From assembly GCA_964496145.1 (NCBI GenBank), contig CAZBXR010000002.1, positions 3,146 to 67,145 on the forward strand: a DNA stretch of 64,000 nucleotides, read 5' to 3'. The stretch is from an uncultured Chthonomonas sp. Lineage in GTDB: Bacteria; Armatimonadota; Fimbriimonadia; Fimbriimonadales; Fimbriimonadaceae. Below the pieces are notes generated by a model. The model did not search any database, was not told the origin of the DNA, and saw nothing but the letters and a program-made list of their open reading frames with translations. A program made the translations under genes and the position numbers. Of the stretch, positions 55,325 through 64,000 are shown one piece after another; within the stretch, counting starts at the first letter, position 1; the number at the start of each line of letters is the position of its first letter.

Positions 55325-55678
55325 CTACTGAAGTCGGGTCACTTTCGGCGGTTTCTCGTCAAGAATTTGATCGAGATACGTGCCTTGCACGACTCCTACC
55401 GTCCATTGCCCGGTTTCGTCGGCTGGTCTTTCGTGCCAATCGTAGAGAAATCCTTCCACCAATTCTCGTTCGTGAACGATCCGGCGCAACCGGTGTATGG
55501 GGAGGTAAGTCTCCTTGAGGACTGGGTACCAGTCGGCGGGCAAGGGGGGTTGCATGAGTCGGTAGTCATCCGTGACGTCAATCACCACAACCTTTGCTAA
55601 GTTGTATTTCCACAGTGCATCCTGCATCTCAGCGGCCATCAGGGGTACAGACGTCGGTCTGGGGAAACAACGATTCAA
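55325..55678 (-). CDS. hypothetical protein (117 aa)
   Basis: The ORF lies 32 nt upstream of rmuC on the same strand. No family was recognised. Confidence 0.4.
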   Translation of the reverse strand: MNRCFPRPTSVPLMAAEMQDALWKYNLAKVVVIDVTDDYRLMQPPLPADWYPVLKETYLPIHRLRRIVHERELVEGFLYDWHERPADETGQWTVGVVQGTYLDQILDEKPPKVTRLQ

Positions 55679-55803
55679 AGAATTTTTTAAGCTGAATTTG
55701 AGTCTGTGGTAAATCCTGACAATTCTTGTTGTAAAATCAATTCGGACCTTACAATACTTGCGTCTTTGGATGGGTCCAATTTTTAGCCATCATAGGTAAA
55801 TAT

Positions 55804-56757
55804 ATGAAAAATTTTCAAAAGGCATTTACGCTGATTGAGCTCCTTGTAGTCATCGCGATCATTGCTATCCTTGCTGCGATTCTCTTCCCTGTCTTCAGCC
55901 AGGCGAAGGAAGCCGCCAAAAAGACCCAAGCCATCAGCAACGCCAAGCAAACGGCGACCGCGCTCATTATGTATGCGGGGGATGCGGACGACCTCCTCCC
56001 CTGCGGCCTTGTTCCTAACCTGAGCACGCCGGGCACTATCAGATATCGAGTAAACGATGATACGAATCAGAATCCTGCGGGCTGGTTCAACTTTCCGGGT
56101 GGACAAGATGAGCACGCGCTCATGTGGAACAACACAGCTCAGCCGTACATGAAAAACTATGATTTGCTCAATGCGGCAACTCCAAGTATTCGAATCACTG
56201 GTGCGACCTGGACGCCGGGTTATGCCGCTCAGCTAAAGCAACCTAAGGATGCCCACTTTACGTTCAACGGATTCTTGCACCACTACTCCCTCAGCGCGAT
56301 CGAAGCTCAGTCTACGCTTCCCCTCGTTTGGGAAGGTTGGGGCAAGCTCTCGAAGTTAGGTGCCGCGGCAGCAAATCCTCGGTTGAACTGCAATGCGACT
56401 GGACCTTGCGTTTACAATCCGGCAGGAATGCCACAAACCGGAGCTACAGGCGGAGGAATGTACTCCATTACTTATCCTCACCGAGGGCAAGGAGGGCCGA
56501 AAATGTGGGTCTGGGGCAAGGGCATGATCTTTGTCGGGGCAGATTCATCTGCGCGCATGGTTCAACTCGGCAATGGAAACAAGCAAGCCTTTCCAACGAG
56601 CACGAATACAGTCAACTTCTTCCACTGGATAGATCGAGACGGATATATCTGTGACCCCCTGCAGTTTCCAGAATGCTCGTATTCGATTCGCGGTCGATTC
56701 GTGAATAACATTCTGTTTATCGCGGCATTCTCGCCTGACAATACTTTTGCAAACTAA
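55804..56757 (+). CDS. prepilin-type N-terminal cleavage/methylation domain protein (DUF1559-like, no clear H-X9-DG)
   Basis: It contains [24 protein letters not shown]. Confidence 0.8.
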   Translation: MKNFQKAFTLIELLVVIAIIAILAAILFPVFSQAKEAAKKTQAISNAKQTATALIMYAGDADDLLPCGLVPNLSTPGTIRYRVNDDTNQNPAGWFNFPGGQDEHALMWNNTAQPYMKNYDLLNAATPSIRITGATWTPGYAAQLKQPKDAHFTFNGFLHHYSLSAIEAQSTLPLVWEGWGKLSKLGAAAANPRLNCNATGPCVYNPAGMPQTGATGGGMYSITYPHRGQGGPKMWVWGKGMIFVGADSSARMVQLGNGNKQAFPTSTNTVNFFHWIDRDGYICDPLQFPECSYSIRGRFVNNILFIAAFSPDNTFAN

Positions 56758-56758
56758 T

Positions 56759-56983
56759 ATGAGAAGAGCTACTTTCGCATTCGTCGTTTTGACCTGCCTC
56801 TTTGTTGTAGGTTGCGGGAACAAGGAAGAGAGTGCGCCTGTGACAGAGGGTAGCGGTACGGCCGCCCCCGCACCGGCACAGCCTGCCGCAGAGGCGCCTC
56901 CGACTCCACAACAGGTGGAGACGGGTTCAGGAAGTTCCGGCCTACGGTCGGTCCCACCTACCCAAGAAGGGGACCGTGGTTAG
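56759..56983 (+). CDS. small Pro/Ala-rich lipoprotein
   Basis: It starts MRRATFAFVVLTCLFVVGCGN, which contains a lipobox. It begins 1 nt after the pseudopilin stop. Confidence 0.55.
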   Translation: MRRATFAFVVLTCLFVVGCGNKEESAPVTEGSGTAAPAPAQPAAEAPPTPQQVETGSGSSGLRSVPPTQEGDRG

Positions 56984-57192
56984 GTCAGTAATAGGCCTCT
57001 TCGGATTACGTTGGGAAACTCGTTGGAGCTTCTTGACCCCACGGAAAGGACATTGAACGAGGAAATCGATGGACGGCACGCTGTATGCCGAATTGAGGGT
57101 CGGGTGGAGTACCGTTGGTGCTTAAAAGGTAGCTTTTTGGCTGATCACCCGACCATAATTGATACGGCGATCAGACGTATCGCAATATTACC

Positions 57193-58431
57193 ATGCAAAA
57201 ATTAAGTCTGTTTATCATCCTTGCTGTTTCGATACCATCCGTTGCGACGGCTAACAATTTCGAGTTTCACGACTGGGGCTCTCTCACCGGCAGAGCTTCA
57301 GAGATGGGGACCAGTTTCAATCCTGCCGCACCTGCCGCAGTGGCCAATTACAATGTAGATCCATCATCGGTATTCGCTCCACCGACTGGAGCCGAGTCGA
57401 TTGGCATTACGGCAAGAGTAAGAGCCAATCCCATGTCCCTACCCGACGTCAACGATCCTTTGCTGTACGCTGGGATCATGTCGATGTCAGGCACGCCGGC
57501 GTTCAAAGTGGATTACATTCACTTGGGCACGACGGGACGGCACGCAATCTCGATTTTTGCGACTGTCACGGCTAGTGTTACTGCAACTCCAAAGCTGATG
57601 GATTGGGTTACCTGGTTTCCCCCTTCGATTACCCCCGCAATAACAGTCGATGTTTATGGTAATTCGGTTCCTGAGTTTGGTATGTCCTCGCTCTACAAGA
57701 GAACTAGTGGCCCCTTTACAGTGAGCGACTCTTCTGAAAAACAGGTTACGGTAAAGGCCATCATGGACATCGTTTCGAACCAGACTCTCGGGTGGTCTCG
57801 AGGATTGGGCTTCTTCGTTCCTCTTGGGAGCGTAACTTGCAGGACATTTCAACAAAAGCATTACCCCGTTGGAGGAATTAACTCCGAGTCAAGCTCCGAG
57901 GCTAGTGTCGGGGTGCAAGCTACTGGCTTTACATACTCCTTGCTTCAAACCAGACCCTGGAGACCCTTTATCCCCGGTACGTCTCACACTTCGGGGCCTG
58001 CAAGGGGATTTTACGCGCGGATCAAGAATTCAAGCGGCGGTCTTTTGGAAGAATTCGCGTACGCCATGATACCTACGGACGAAGGAATCTACTTTGATCC
58101 CCTTGGGGCGTATTCTGGCGACGGGTCTTTGGAGTTAACCTCAAAGGGGATGCTGAGGAAGATCGTCTCTCTATCCATAGTTAACGGCGTCGTCCAACCA
58201 GGGGGTAGCATCCAGTTGCACTTTGGGGACATTAACGAAGATAACGCGGTCGATTTGCTTGACTACTTTGTCTTAAGTGACTACTACGGCTATACTGTTG
58301 ATGACGATGAGTATTACTATCTTAATGCAGACGGGAAGTGGGGATATCACGCCGACCTGAACCTGGATAACTCAGTGGACCTACTGGACTACATGATCAT
58401 ATCCGACAACTATAATTTAGTTGGTGATTGA
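57193..58431 (+). CDS. secreted protein with a C-terminal pair of dockerin-like Ca-binding repeats
   Basis: It has a signal peptide. The C-terminus reads GDINEDNAVDLLDYFVLSDYYG...DLNLDNSVDLLDYMIISDNYN. Confidence 0.8.
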   Translation: MQKLSLFIILAVSIPSVATANNFEFHDWGSLTGRASEMGTSFNPAAPAAVANYNVDPSSVFAPPTGAESIGITARVRANPMSLPDVNDPLLYAGIMSMSGTPAFKVDYIHLGTTGRHAISIFATVTASVTATPKLMDWVTWFPPSITPAITVDVYGNSVPEFGMSSLYKRTSGPFTVSDSSEKQVTVKAIMDIVSNQTLGWSRGLGFFVPLGSVTCRTFQQKHYPVGGINSESSSEASVGVQATGFTYSLLQTRPWRPFIPGTSHTSGPARGFYARIKNSSGGLLEEFAYAMIPTDEGIYFDPLGAYSGDGSLELTSKGMLRKIVSLSIVNGVVQPGGSIQLHFGDINEDNAVDLLDYFVLSDYYGYTVDDDEYYYLNADGKWGYHADLNLDNSVDLLDYMIISDNYNLVGD

Positions 58432-58460
58432 CGGCACGTTGATTGCTCGCGAAAATCCGA

Positions 58461-58497
58461 AAAAGGTCACTCTCTTAGGAGAGTGACCTTTTTGTTT
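58461..58497. terminator. bidirectional rho-independent terminator
   Basis: AAAAAGGTCACTCTC-TTAG-GAGAGTGACCTTTTT lies between the convergent dockerin-tail gene and motB. Confidence 0.85.
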
Positions 58498-58523
58498 CGA
58501 TTGCGCTGAGCGGTTCTGGGAAC

Positions 58524-59426
58524 CTACTCGTCTTTGCGAATCACCGTCGGTGAGGGTTTGATGTTCACGGGCGTCTTGAAGACTCCCTGAACCTTCTCCC
58601 TCAAGATGTCTTGTGGGAGATTTGAAGTTCGATCTCCGCCCCGCCAGGTGAATGGCAGAAGGACGGTCACGCGCCGGTTGCTAAAGTGATAAGGGTCGGA
58701 CGTGTTCTTCAGCCGGGTCGGCCCGTAGGCGCGCACCTCAAGAAACTGGTTACTGGGCACCCCGGTGCCTCTCAGGGCTCTTCGCATGGCAAAGGCTCGG
58801 TCGTTGGACAAATCCCAGTTGTCGTATCCGTTGCCGTTGTAGGGTCGGGCGTCGGTGTGACCTTCCACAACAATCTTCCGCTTCGTTTTTGCCAAAATGG
58901 GGGCGATGCGGGAGATCAATTGCATGGCACCGCTTCGAATTTGAGCACTTCCGATTTCGAAGAATACGGCACCGGAATTCTCGACAAAGTCGATCTCCAA
59001 CCCCTCTTCGCTCACGTTCACGTCGACGTTTGCATAAAGCGACTTCAGATTTGGATCGCCCGAGGCGGCTTGTTTGATCTCTTTCTTGATCTCATCGCCG
59101 GTGGCGGCCGCGCTTGACTTTTCGCCGCTCACATCGCTTGCGCCCATGCCCTTCTTGTCTGCCGAAGCCGGGTTGTACTGGCTCCCGCCCGAAGGCTGGA
59201 TGTTCACCCGAGACTTAGGTTCGTTCTTTGTAAATCCGATCGGGTCATTGAAGTACCCCTGAATCATGGACTTGGTGCTTTCCGACATGCCCATGATCCA
59301 CATAACCATGAAGAAGGCCATCATAGCCGTCACGAAGTCGGCGTAAGCAACCTTCCAGGCTCCGCCGTGGTGACCATGCTCATGGCCCTTTTTCTTCTTA
59401 ATGATAATGGGGGTGCCGTCTGCCAT
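58524..59426 (-). CDS. motB: flagellar-type stator protein MotB (OmpA-like C-terminus)
   Basis: It contains AWKVAYADFVTAMMAFFMVMW and VEGHTDARPY...NWDLSNDRA. Confidence 0.85.
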   Translation of the reverse strand: MADGTPIIIKKKKGHEHGHHGGAWKVAYADFVTAMMAFFMVMWIMGMSESTKSMIQGYFNDPIGFTKNEPKSRVNIQPSGGSQYNPASADKKGMGASDVSGEKSSAAATGDEIKKEIKQAASGDPNLKSLYANVDVNVSEEGLEIDFVENSGAVFFEIGSAQIRSGAMQLISRIAPILAKTKRKIVVEGHTDARPYNGNGYDNWDLSNDRAFAMRRALRGTGVPSNQFLEVRAYGPTRLKNTSDPYHFSNRRVTVLLPFTWRGGDRTSNLPQDILREKVQGVFKTPVNIKPSPTVIRKDE

Positions 59427-59430
59427 GATC

Positions 59431-60291
59431 TTACGCTGCCTTTTCTTCCTTCACGGAAGTTTCCATTTCGGTGAATCCAGGTCGGACTTCTGGAACGATG
59501 TTTCGTCGAGCAAACTCGACGCAGGTGATGGGGGATTCCCCACGAGCAAAACTAAAGAGAGCAAACCGGATGCAGTTCATGTACTGCTCCTCGCTCTTCA
59601 AGCGGAAGTCGATCGCCTTCGCCATGGGGCCAAAGACACCATAAGCAAGCAAAATTCCGACGAAGGTACCGACAAGAGCGGCTGCAACCGATTGTCCGAT
59701 TGCAGCGGCGTCTCCACCGATCTTTCCCATCGTGATGATGACGCCCAAAACGGCGGCGACGATACCGAAACCAGGCATCGCGTCTCCCACGGTTTGGATA
59801 CAGTTCATGGGCTGCTTTGCCTCGGCGTGCGCCGTCTCGAGGTCCAATTCCATCATCTCTGAGAGGTCATGCGGGCCTACAGCACCGGTCAAAATCACTT
59901 TCATGGTGTCGCAGAAGAAATCGACCGCGTGATGGTTTGACAAAAACGTTGGAAACTTCTTGATGATCTCAGACTCGGCGGGCATTTCGACGTGCTTTTC
60001 CAATCCGAGGAGCCCTTCCTTTCGCGCAATCGTAAAGAGCTGATACATCATCTTGAGGAGCTCAAGGAACGCGGGCTTGGTGAAAGGGTCAGGTTTGAGA
60101 AGGCCCATCACGGCCTTGATCGCCTTGGTAAACCCGCTCATGCCGTCCGATGCAATCATCGAACCGACCGCCGCACCACCGAGAATGATAAATTCAGTGG
60201 GCTGGATAAGAACGGCAATGTTTCCGTGGTGAAGTATGTAACCCAGGAGGGTTGCCACAATCACGATACCGATGCCGATAAATGTAAACAT
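59431..60291 (-). CDS. motA: stator protein MotA (MotA/TolQ/ExbB channel family)
   Basis: The start was chosen at MFTFIGIGIVIVATLLGYILHHGN. It has four transmembrane segments. Confidence 0.85.
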   Translation of the reverse strand: MFTFIGIGIVIVATLLGYILHHGNIAVLIQPTEFIILGGAAVGSMIASDGMSGFTKAIKAVMGLLKPDPFTKPAFLELLKMMYQLFTIARKEGLLGLEKHVEMPAESEIIKKFPTFLSNHHAVDFFCDTMKVILTGAVGPHDLSEMMELDLETAHAEAKQPMNCIQTVGDAMPGFGIVAAVLGVIITMGKIGGDAAAIGQSVAAALVGTFVGILLAYGVFGPMAKAIDFRLKSEEQYMNCIRFALFSFARGESPITCVEFARRNIVPEVRPGFTEMETSVKEEKAA

Positions 60292-60404
60292 AACTCGAGT
60301 CCTGACACGCGGACGCCTTGCGCAAGTGGCGTCTGTGGTAAGTATCGGCAAATTCACCAGGCTCCCTTAGCCCCTATTCGGCGTCTTGTACAATAGATTT
60401 CTTC

Positions 60405-62213
60405 ATGCCCAACTTTGTCTCTTCCACCTCGCCTCGGGTGCAACTGCTTGATTCTCACACCGTGAACCAAATCGCGGCGGGAGAAGTGGTTGAGCGTCCC
60501 GCGTCGGTGGTGAAGGAGCTGGTCGAGAACGCTTTGGACGCGGGAGCCACGACCATCGATGTTCTGATCGAGGAAAGTGGCCGCGAGCGTATTCGCGTCC
60601 GTGACAACGGGTGCGGAATGTCAAAGGAGGATCTCCTTATGAGCCTTCAAAGACATGCGACCTCCAAAATCACGCGGTTTGAGGACTTGAGTCAGGCGAC
60701 CACGCTGGGGTTCAGGGGGGAAGCGGTTCCGAGCATCGGATCGGTGAGTCGGATGACGATTACCACCGGAGAAGACGGGAGCCTGCGGCACAGCGTGACT
60801 GTGTATGGCGGAGAAATCGGCCCGATTTCGGCAACCGCCGGGCCACGGGGGACGGAAGTTCTCGTCGAAGAATTGTTTTTCAATACGCCGGCCCGGCTGA
60901 AGTTTATGAAGTCAGACTCGACCGAGATGAGTCAGGCTTTGGAGGCGGTCCAGCGCCTCGCCATGGTGCACCCCGGCGTCCGGTTCTCGTTTAGCAATGG
61001 GAAGACGGTCCTTCTCCAAACAGATGGAAGTGGTGAACTGTTGCCGGTGATTGCAGAGATTTGGGGGCGCGATGTGGCCCGGACCCTGGCTGAACTAGAT
61101 CACTATGAGAACGGAGTCCGTGTGCGGGGATTTATCTCTCCTCCCCACCTCACTAAAAGCACGAGGCAGTATCAATGGTTCTTCGTCAATGGCCGACCGA
61201 TTCGCTCGCGACAGCTTCAAACGGCCCTCGACATTGCGTATCGATCGCTCACCCCCGACAAGCGATTTCCGCTCGCGGCGATGCACATCGATGTCGATCC
61301 CGCGCGGGTGGATGCAAATGTCTCCCCCACCAAGAATGAAGTCAAGTTTCAACATGAGCGAGACGTGTTTGATGCCCTTCGGCATGCTGTGAAAGTGGCC
61401 TTGCTGCAGCAGGGCATGGTGCCCGATGCGGCGGGTCTCGCTCGCGCGAATGAGGCGCTCAGGCAAGTGCAGGGAGCCTCGCCCACATTCGATTTCCCGA
61501 TGTCCTCGTCGCCTGGGGCGCCTTCGATGGGCCTCGTGGATGCCGCCATCCTTGCCCAGTCACCTCTTTTCGCTCATTCTCAGCTCACGTCCACGCCCGC
61601 GCCTCCCGTCGATGGGCAAAACGAGTACCAAAAGCTCCTGAGCGGCTTGCGTGTCGTGGGGCAGATCATGAACACCTTCATCCTTGCGGAGAATGATGAG
61701 GGGTTGCTGATCGTGGATCAGCATGTGGCACACGAGAGAATTTTGTATGAGCGATTGGTTCGAGATCGGGGCATGGGCCTCGTCGAATCTCAAACTCTGC
61801 TTGCTCCAGAGCCGTTGACCCTTGAGAAGCGGGTGATCGCCCTTCTGAGCGACAAGCTCGACGAAATCCGCTCGCTTGGATTCGTCCTAGAGCCATTTGG
61901 CGACGATACGCTTCTTGTTCGCGCGGTGCCCGCTGCGATCAAGAACAAGAATCCTGTGGGTGTTCTTCGTGGAGTCATCGAAGAACTTGTCGATGGAGAC
62001 GCTTCGGGGTGCGTGATGCCGGCGCGGGACTCGATCTTGATCATGTGCAGTTGCAAGATGGCGGTGAAGGCGGGAGATCCGATGAGCTTGCCCGAAATGG
62101 AAAAGCTTCTTGTCGATCTCGCCGAAACGGAGAACCCCTACCTCTGCCCGCACGGAAGACCCATCACGATTGTCCTCAACAAGGGCGAATTGCTGAGAAA
62201 ATTCAAGCGGTAG
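60405..62213 (+). CDS. mutL: DNA mismatch repair protein MutL
   Basis: It contains NQIAAGEVVERPASVVKELVENALDAG and the C-terminal CPHGRP motif. Confidence 0.95.
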   Translation: MPNFVSSTSPRVQLLDSHTVNQIAAGEVVERPASVVKELVENALDAGATTIDVLIEESGRERIRVRDNGCGMSKEDLLMSLQRHATSKITRFEDLSQATTLGFRGEAVPSIGSVSRMTITTGEDGSLRHSVTVYGGEIGPISATAGPRGTEVLVEELFFNTPARLKFMKSDSTEMSQALEAVQRLAMVHPGVRFSFSNGKTVLLQTDGSGELLPVIAEIWGRDVARTLAELDHYENGVRVRGFISPPHLTKSTRQYQWFFVNGRPIRSRQLQTALDIAYRSLTPDKRFPLAAMHIDVDPARVDANVSPTKNEVKFQHERDVFDALRHAVKVALLQQGMVPDAAGLARANEALRQVQGASPTFDFPMSSSPGAPSMGLVDAAILAQSPLFAHSQLTSTPAPPVDGQNEYQKLLSGLRVVGQIMNTFILAENDEGLLIVDQHVAHERILYERLVRDRGMGLVESQTLLAPEPLTLEKRVIALLSDKLDEIRSLGFVLEPFGDDTLLVRAVPAAIKNKNPVGVLRGVIEELVDGDASGCVMPARDSILIMCSCKMAVKAGDPMSLPEMEKLLVDLAETENPYLCPHGRPITIVLNKGELLRKFKR

Positions 62214-63264
62214 GCGCGACCGACTTGAGCTTTGGGGCGCCCATGAAGGGTCGCTCGAATGCCAGGTGAAACAGGTAACAAGCTCCCAAAATGAGCGGGG
62301 AACAGGCCAGCAAGTAGGCAAACTGCTCAAGAGGCGTTTTCACCGCACTGGGTCGATATACGAACAGTGCCTGGAGCAACGGGTGGTGCATGAGATATAA
62401 GCTGTACGAGAACCCCCCCAGCCAGTAGAGCGGACGGCACCCAAGAATCTTGTTGAGCGCCCACTGAGGGGTGGCCGTGAGGGCGACGAGCAAGACCGCC
62501 GTCCCAGTTCCGAAAAGAAGATCGGGGAGGATCACGCTTTTCGCCTGTTGCGCGGTGAGGCAACCAAACCCGAGGAGCACGAGGGACACCAGCCCGACGA
62601 GGTTTGCGGGAACCTTCCCCAGCCCACGAGCCTTCGCCCACCACGCGGCACACCCACCGAGCGCAAAGAGCCAAAGATACCAAAAGTAGAGTTTGGGGGC
62701 GGAAGGGATGAGCAGAAATGCCGCCCAGACCGCCACCGCGGCCACCGCGAGCTGCGAGAGGACACCGAGGCGAGCCCGGATCGCCACGAGAAGAGGGAAG
62801 GCAATGTACAGTTGCGCCTCGATGGCGATACTCCACAGCACCCCGTTGATCTTGTACATCCATGCCGGATGGAAGTTATGAACCAGAAAAAGATGTGCCA
62901 CCACATTCTCTGTCGTGAGAGGGACGTATTGGGTGAACGGAAGACCGGGCTGATGTTGGGTCACTCCCAGGCAGATGAGGATGCTGAAAAGGAGACACGC
63001 GTAGTACGGCGGCAAGATTCTGCGCGCCCGACGACGAAGGTAAGGCAAAAAGCCCGAGAAATCGCCTTGTTCGGATCGCTTGAAGAGAGCAAGTTGGAGA
63101 GAAAAGCCGGAAAGGACGATGAATGCCGCCACCGCGAGATGCCCAAACCACAGGGGCTTCGTGAGCTGTGAGAGCAACAGCGGGTGGTTCTCCGGGAGCC
63201 ACATCTTTCGAAGAGGATCGACCATCGTGGCCATGTGGCCGATGGCGACATAGAGCGCAGCCAA
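62203..63264 (-). CDS. acyltransferase family 3 membrane protein (N-terminus probably extends to about 63306)
   Basis: It is polytopic. The listed TTG start cuts through the family's conserved N-terminal motif, which continues in frame upstream as IQSIEGIRG. Confidence 0.75.
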   Translation of the reverse strand: MAALYVAIGHMATMVDPLRKMWLPENHPLLLSQLTKPLWFGHLAVAAFIVLSGFSLQLALFKRSEQGDFSGFLPYLRRRARRILPPYYACLLFSILICLGVTQHQPGLPFTQYVPLTTENVVAHLFLVHNFHPAWMYKINGVLWSIAIEAQLYIAFPLLVAIRARLGVLSQLAVAAVAVWAAFLLIPSAPKLYFWYLWLFALGGCAAWWAKARGLGKVPANLVGLVSLVLLGFGCLTAQQAKSVILPDLLFGTGTAVLLVALTATPQWALNKILGCRPLYWLGGFSYSLYLMHHPLLQALFVYRPSAVKTPLEQFAYLLACSPLILGACYLFHLAFERPFMGAPKLKSVAPTA

Positions 63265-63302
63265 GCCGCGAATTCCCTCGATACTCTGGATCTTGTCTGT
63301 GG

Positions 63303-64000
63303 CTATCCTCGTTCCACCCCGACTTGGAGCTCTTCGATTCGAGAGCGGTAGCGTTGCAAGAGCTCTTGCGCATGGTCGGGGTCCTTGCCTTCAGAGAAGA
63401 TGTGGAAGATGGGTTCAAACGAGTCTGGGAGGACGAGCGCCCAGCCTCCCTCGGTGTGGATTTTGATTCCGTCGGTCAAATCGACGTTCTCGTCTTGGTG
63501 TTCTTCGGTGATGAGACGCATCACAGTGCCTTTGGCTTCCCACGGGCAACGGACCTGCTCATATCCCATGATCAAGTCGGGCAACTCGTCGACAAGTTCT
63601 GGGAGAGACTCATTTTTCGCTTGGAGAAGCATCGTAAGTCTCGCAAGCGTGAACATGGCATCGAAACCAGGGTGAAAGGCAGGATAGATGAACCCTCCGT
63701 GGTGATCGCAAGCGAGCATGACGTCTTCGCGCATGGCTCCCGCCATGAGCGATCTCGTATCGGCTTTTGTCCGAATCACGCGGCCTTTGTGCAACTCGAT
63801 GAGCTTCGAAATGGTTTCGCTCGTGTTGATGGGAAGGGCGATGGTGGCCCCTGGGTTGGCATCGGCGACGAGCATCGCGATGAGAGCCTGGAGTTGGTGC
63901 CCGGTGAGGATCCGTCCCCGGCCATCCACAACCGAGATCCGCTCCCCCTCGTTGGTGAAGAGCACCCCGAGGTCGTAGCCAAGCGTTCCGACGATATGTT
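63303..64000 (-). CDS. phosphoglucomutase/phosphomannomutase-family protein, C-terminal part (5' end lies outside the window)
   Basis: The frame is open to the window edge. It resembles domains III-IV of alpha-D-phosphohexomutases (GGFIYP..., DGIKI...GWALVLPD). Confidence 0.7.
   Translation of the reverse strand, partial: HIVGTLGYDLGVLFTNEGERISVVDGRGRILTGHQLQALIAMLVADANPGATIALPINTSETISKLIELHKGRVIRTKADTRSLMAGAMREDVMLACDHHGGFIYPAFHPGFDAMFTLARLTMLLQAKNESLPELVDELPDLIMGYEQVRCPWEAKGTVMRLITEEHQDENVDLTDGIKIHTEGGWALVLPDSFEPIFHIFSEGKDPDHAQELLQRYRSRIEELQVGVERG

Overview
This 64-kb chromosomal window comes from a moderately GC-rich bacterium. Hand counts of single 60-nt lines give roughly 53-60% GC in core genes and about 37-48% in several accessory patches. 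About 75 genes are supported.

Core blocks:
- an ilvB-ilvN-ilvC-ilvD operon on the minus strand
- a ribosomal alpha-type operon, rpmJ-rpsM-rpsK-rpoA-rplQ-truA-rplM-rpsI, with no rpsD and no infA
- single genes mutL, rmuC, motA/motB, ribE, plsC and speH, plus M29 and M42 aminopeptidases

Accessory content:
- a tightly coupled 7-gene, >11-kb operon at the left end: ABC ATPase, permease, giant coiled-coil membrane protein, MoxR AAA+, DUF58 and two VWA proteins
- three PEP-CTERM proteins
- two prepilin-type (DUF1559/H-X9-DG-like) genes, each followed by a secreted protein ending in a pair of dockerin-like calcium-binding repeats
- two tandem stand-alone CxxCH (PSCyt1-like) proteins
- a thioredoxin-fold gene pair
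- a PadR-led six-gene module ending in a MacB/FtsX-type ABC system
- three tandem paralogues of an uncharacterised secreted protein

The combination of PEP-CTERM, DUF1559-type pseudopilins, PSCyt1 and dockerin-like tails, together with the Firmicute-like rplQ-truA-rplM-rpsI order, suggests an Armatimonadota-like or PVC-like lineage. That is inference only; no search was possible.

No tRNA, rRNA, CRISPR array, transposase or integrase could be supported.

The best-supported new observations are:
- an unannotated Leu/Val/Ile-rich leader ORF with a terminator/antiterminator upstream of ilvB
- the duplicated pseudopilin-plus-dockerin-tail cassette
- the triplicated secreted paralogue family
- a low-GC two-gene membrane islet
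- an unannotated CcmD-like mini-ORF
- an acyltransferase whose conserved N-terminus lies upstream of any canonical start codon
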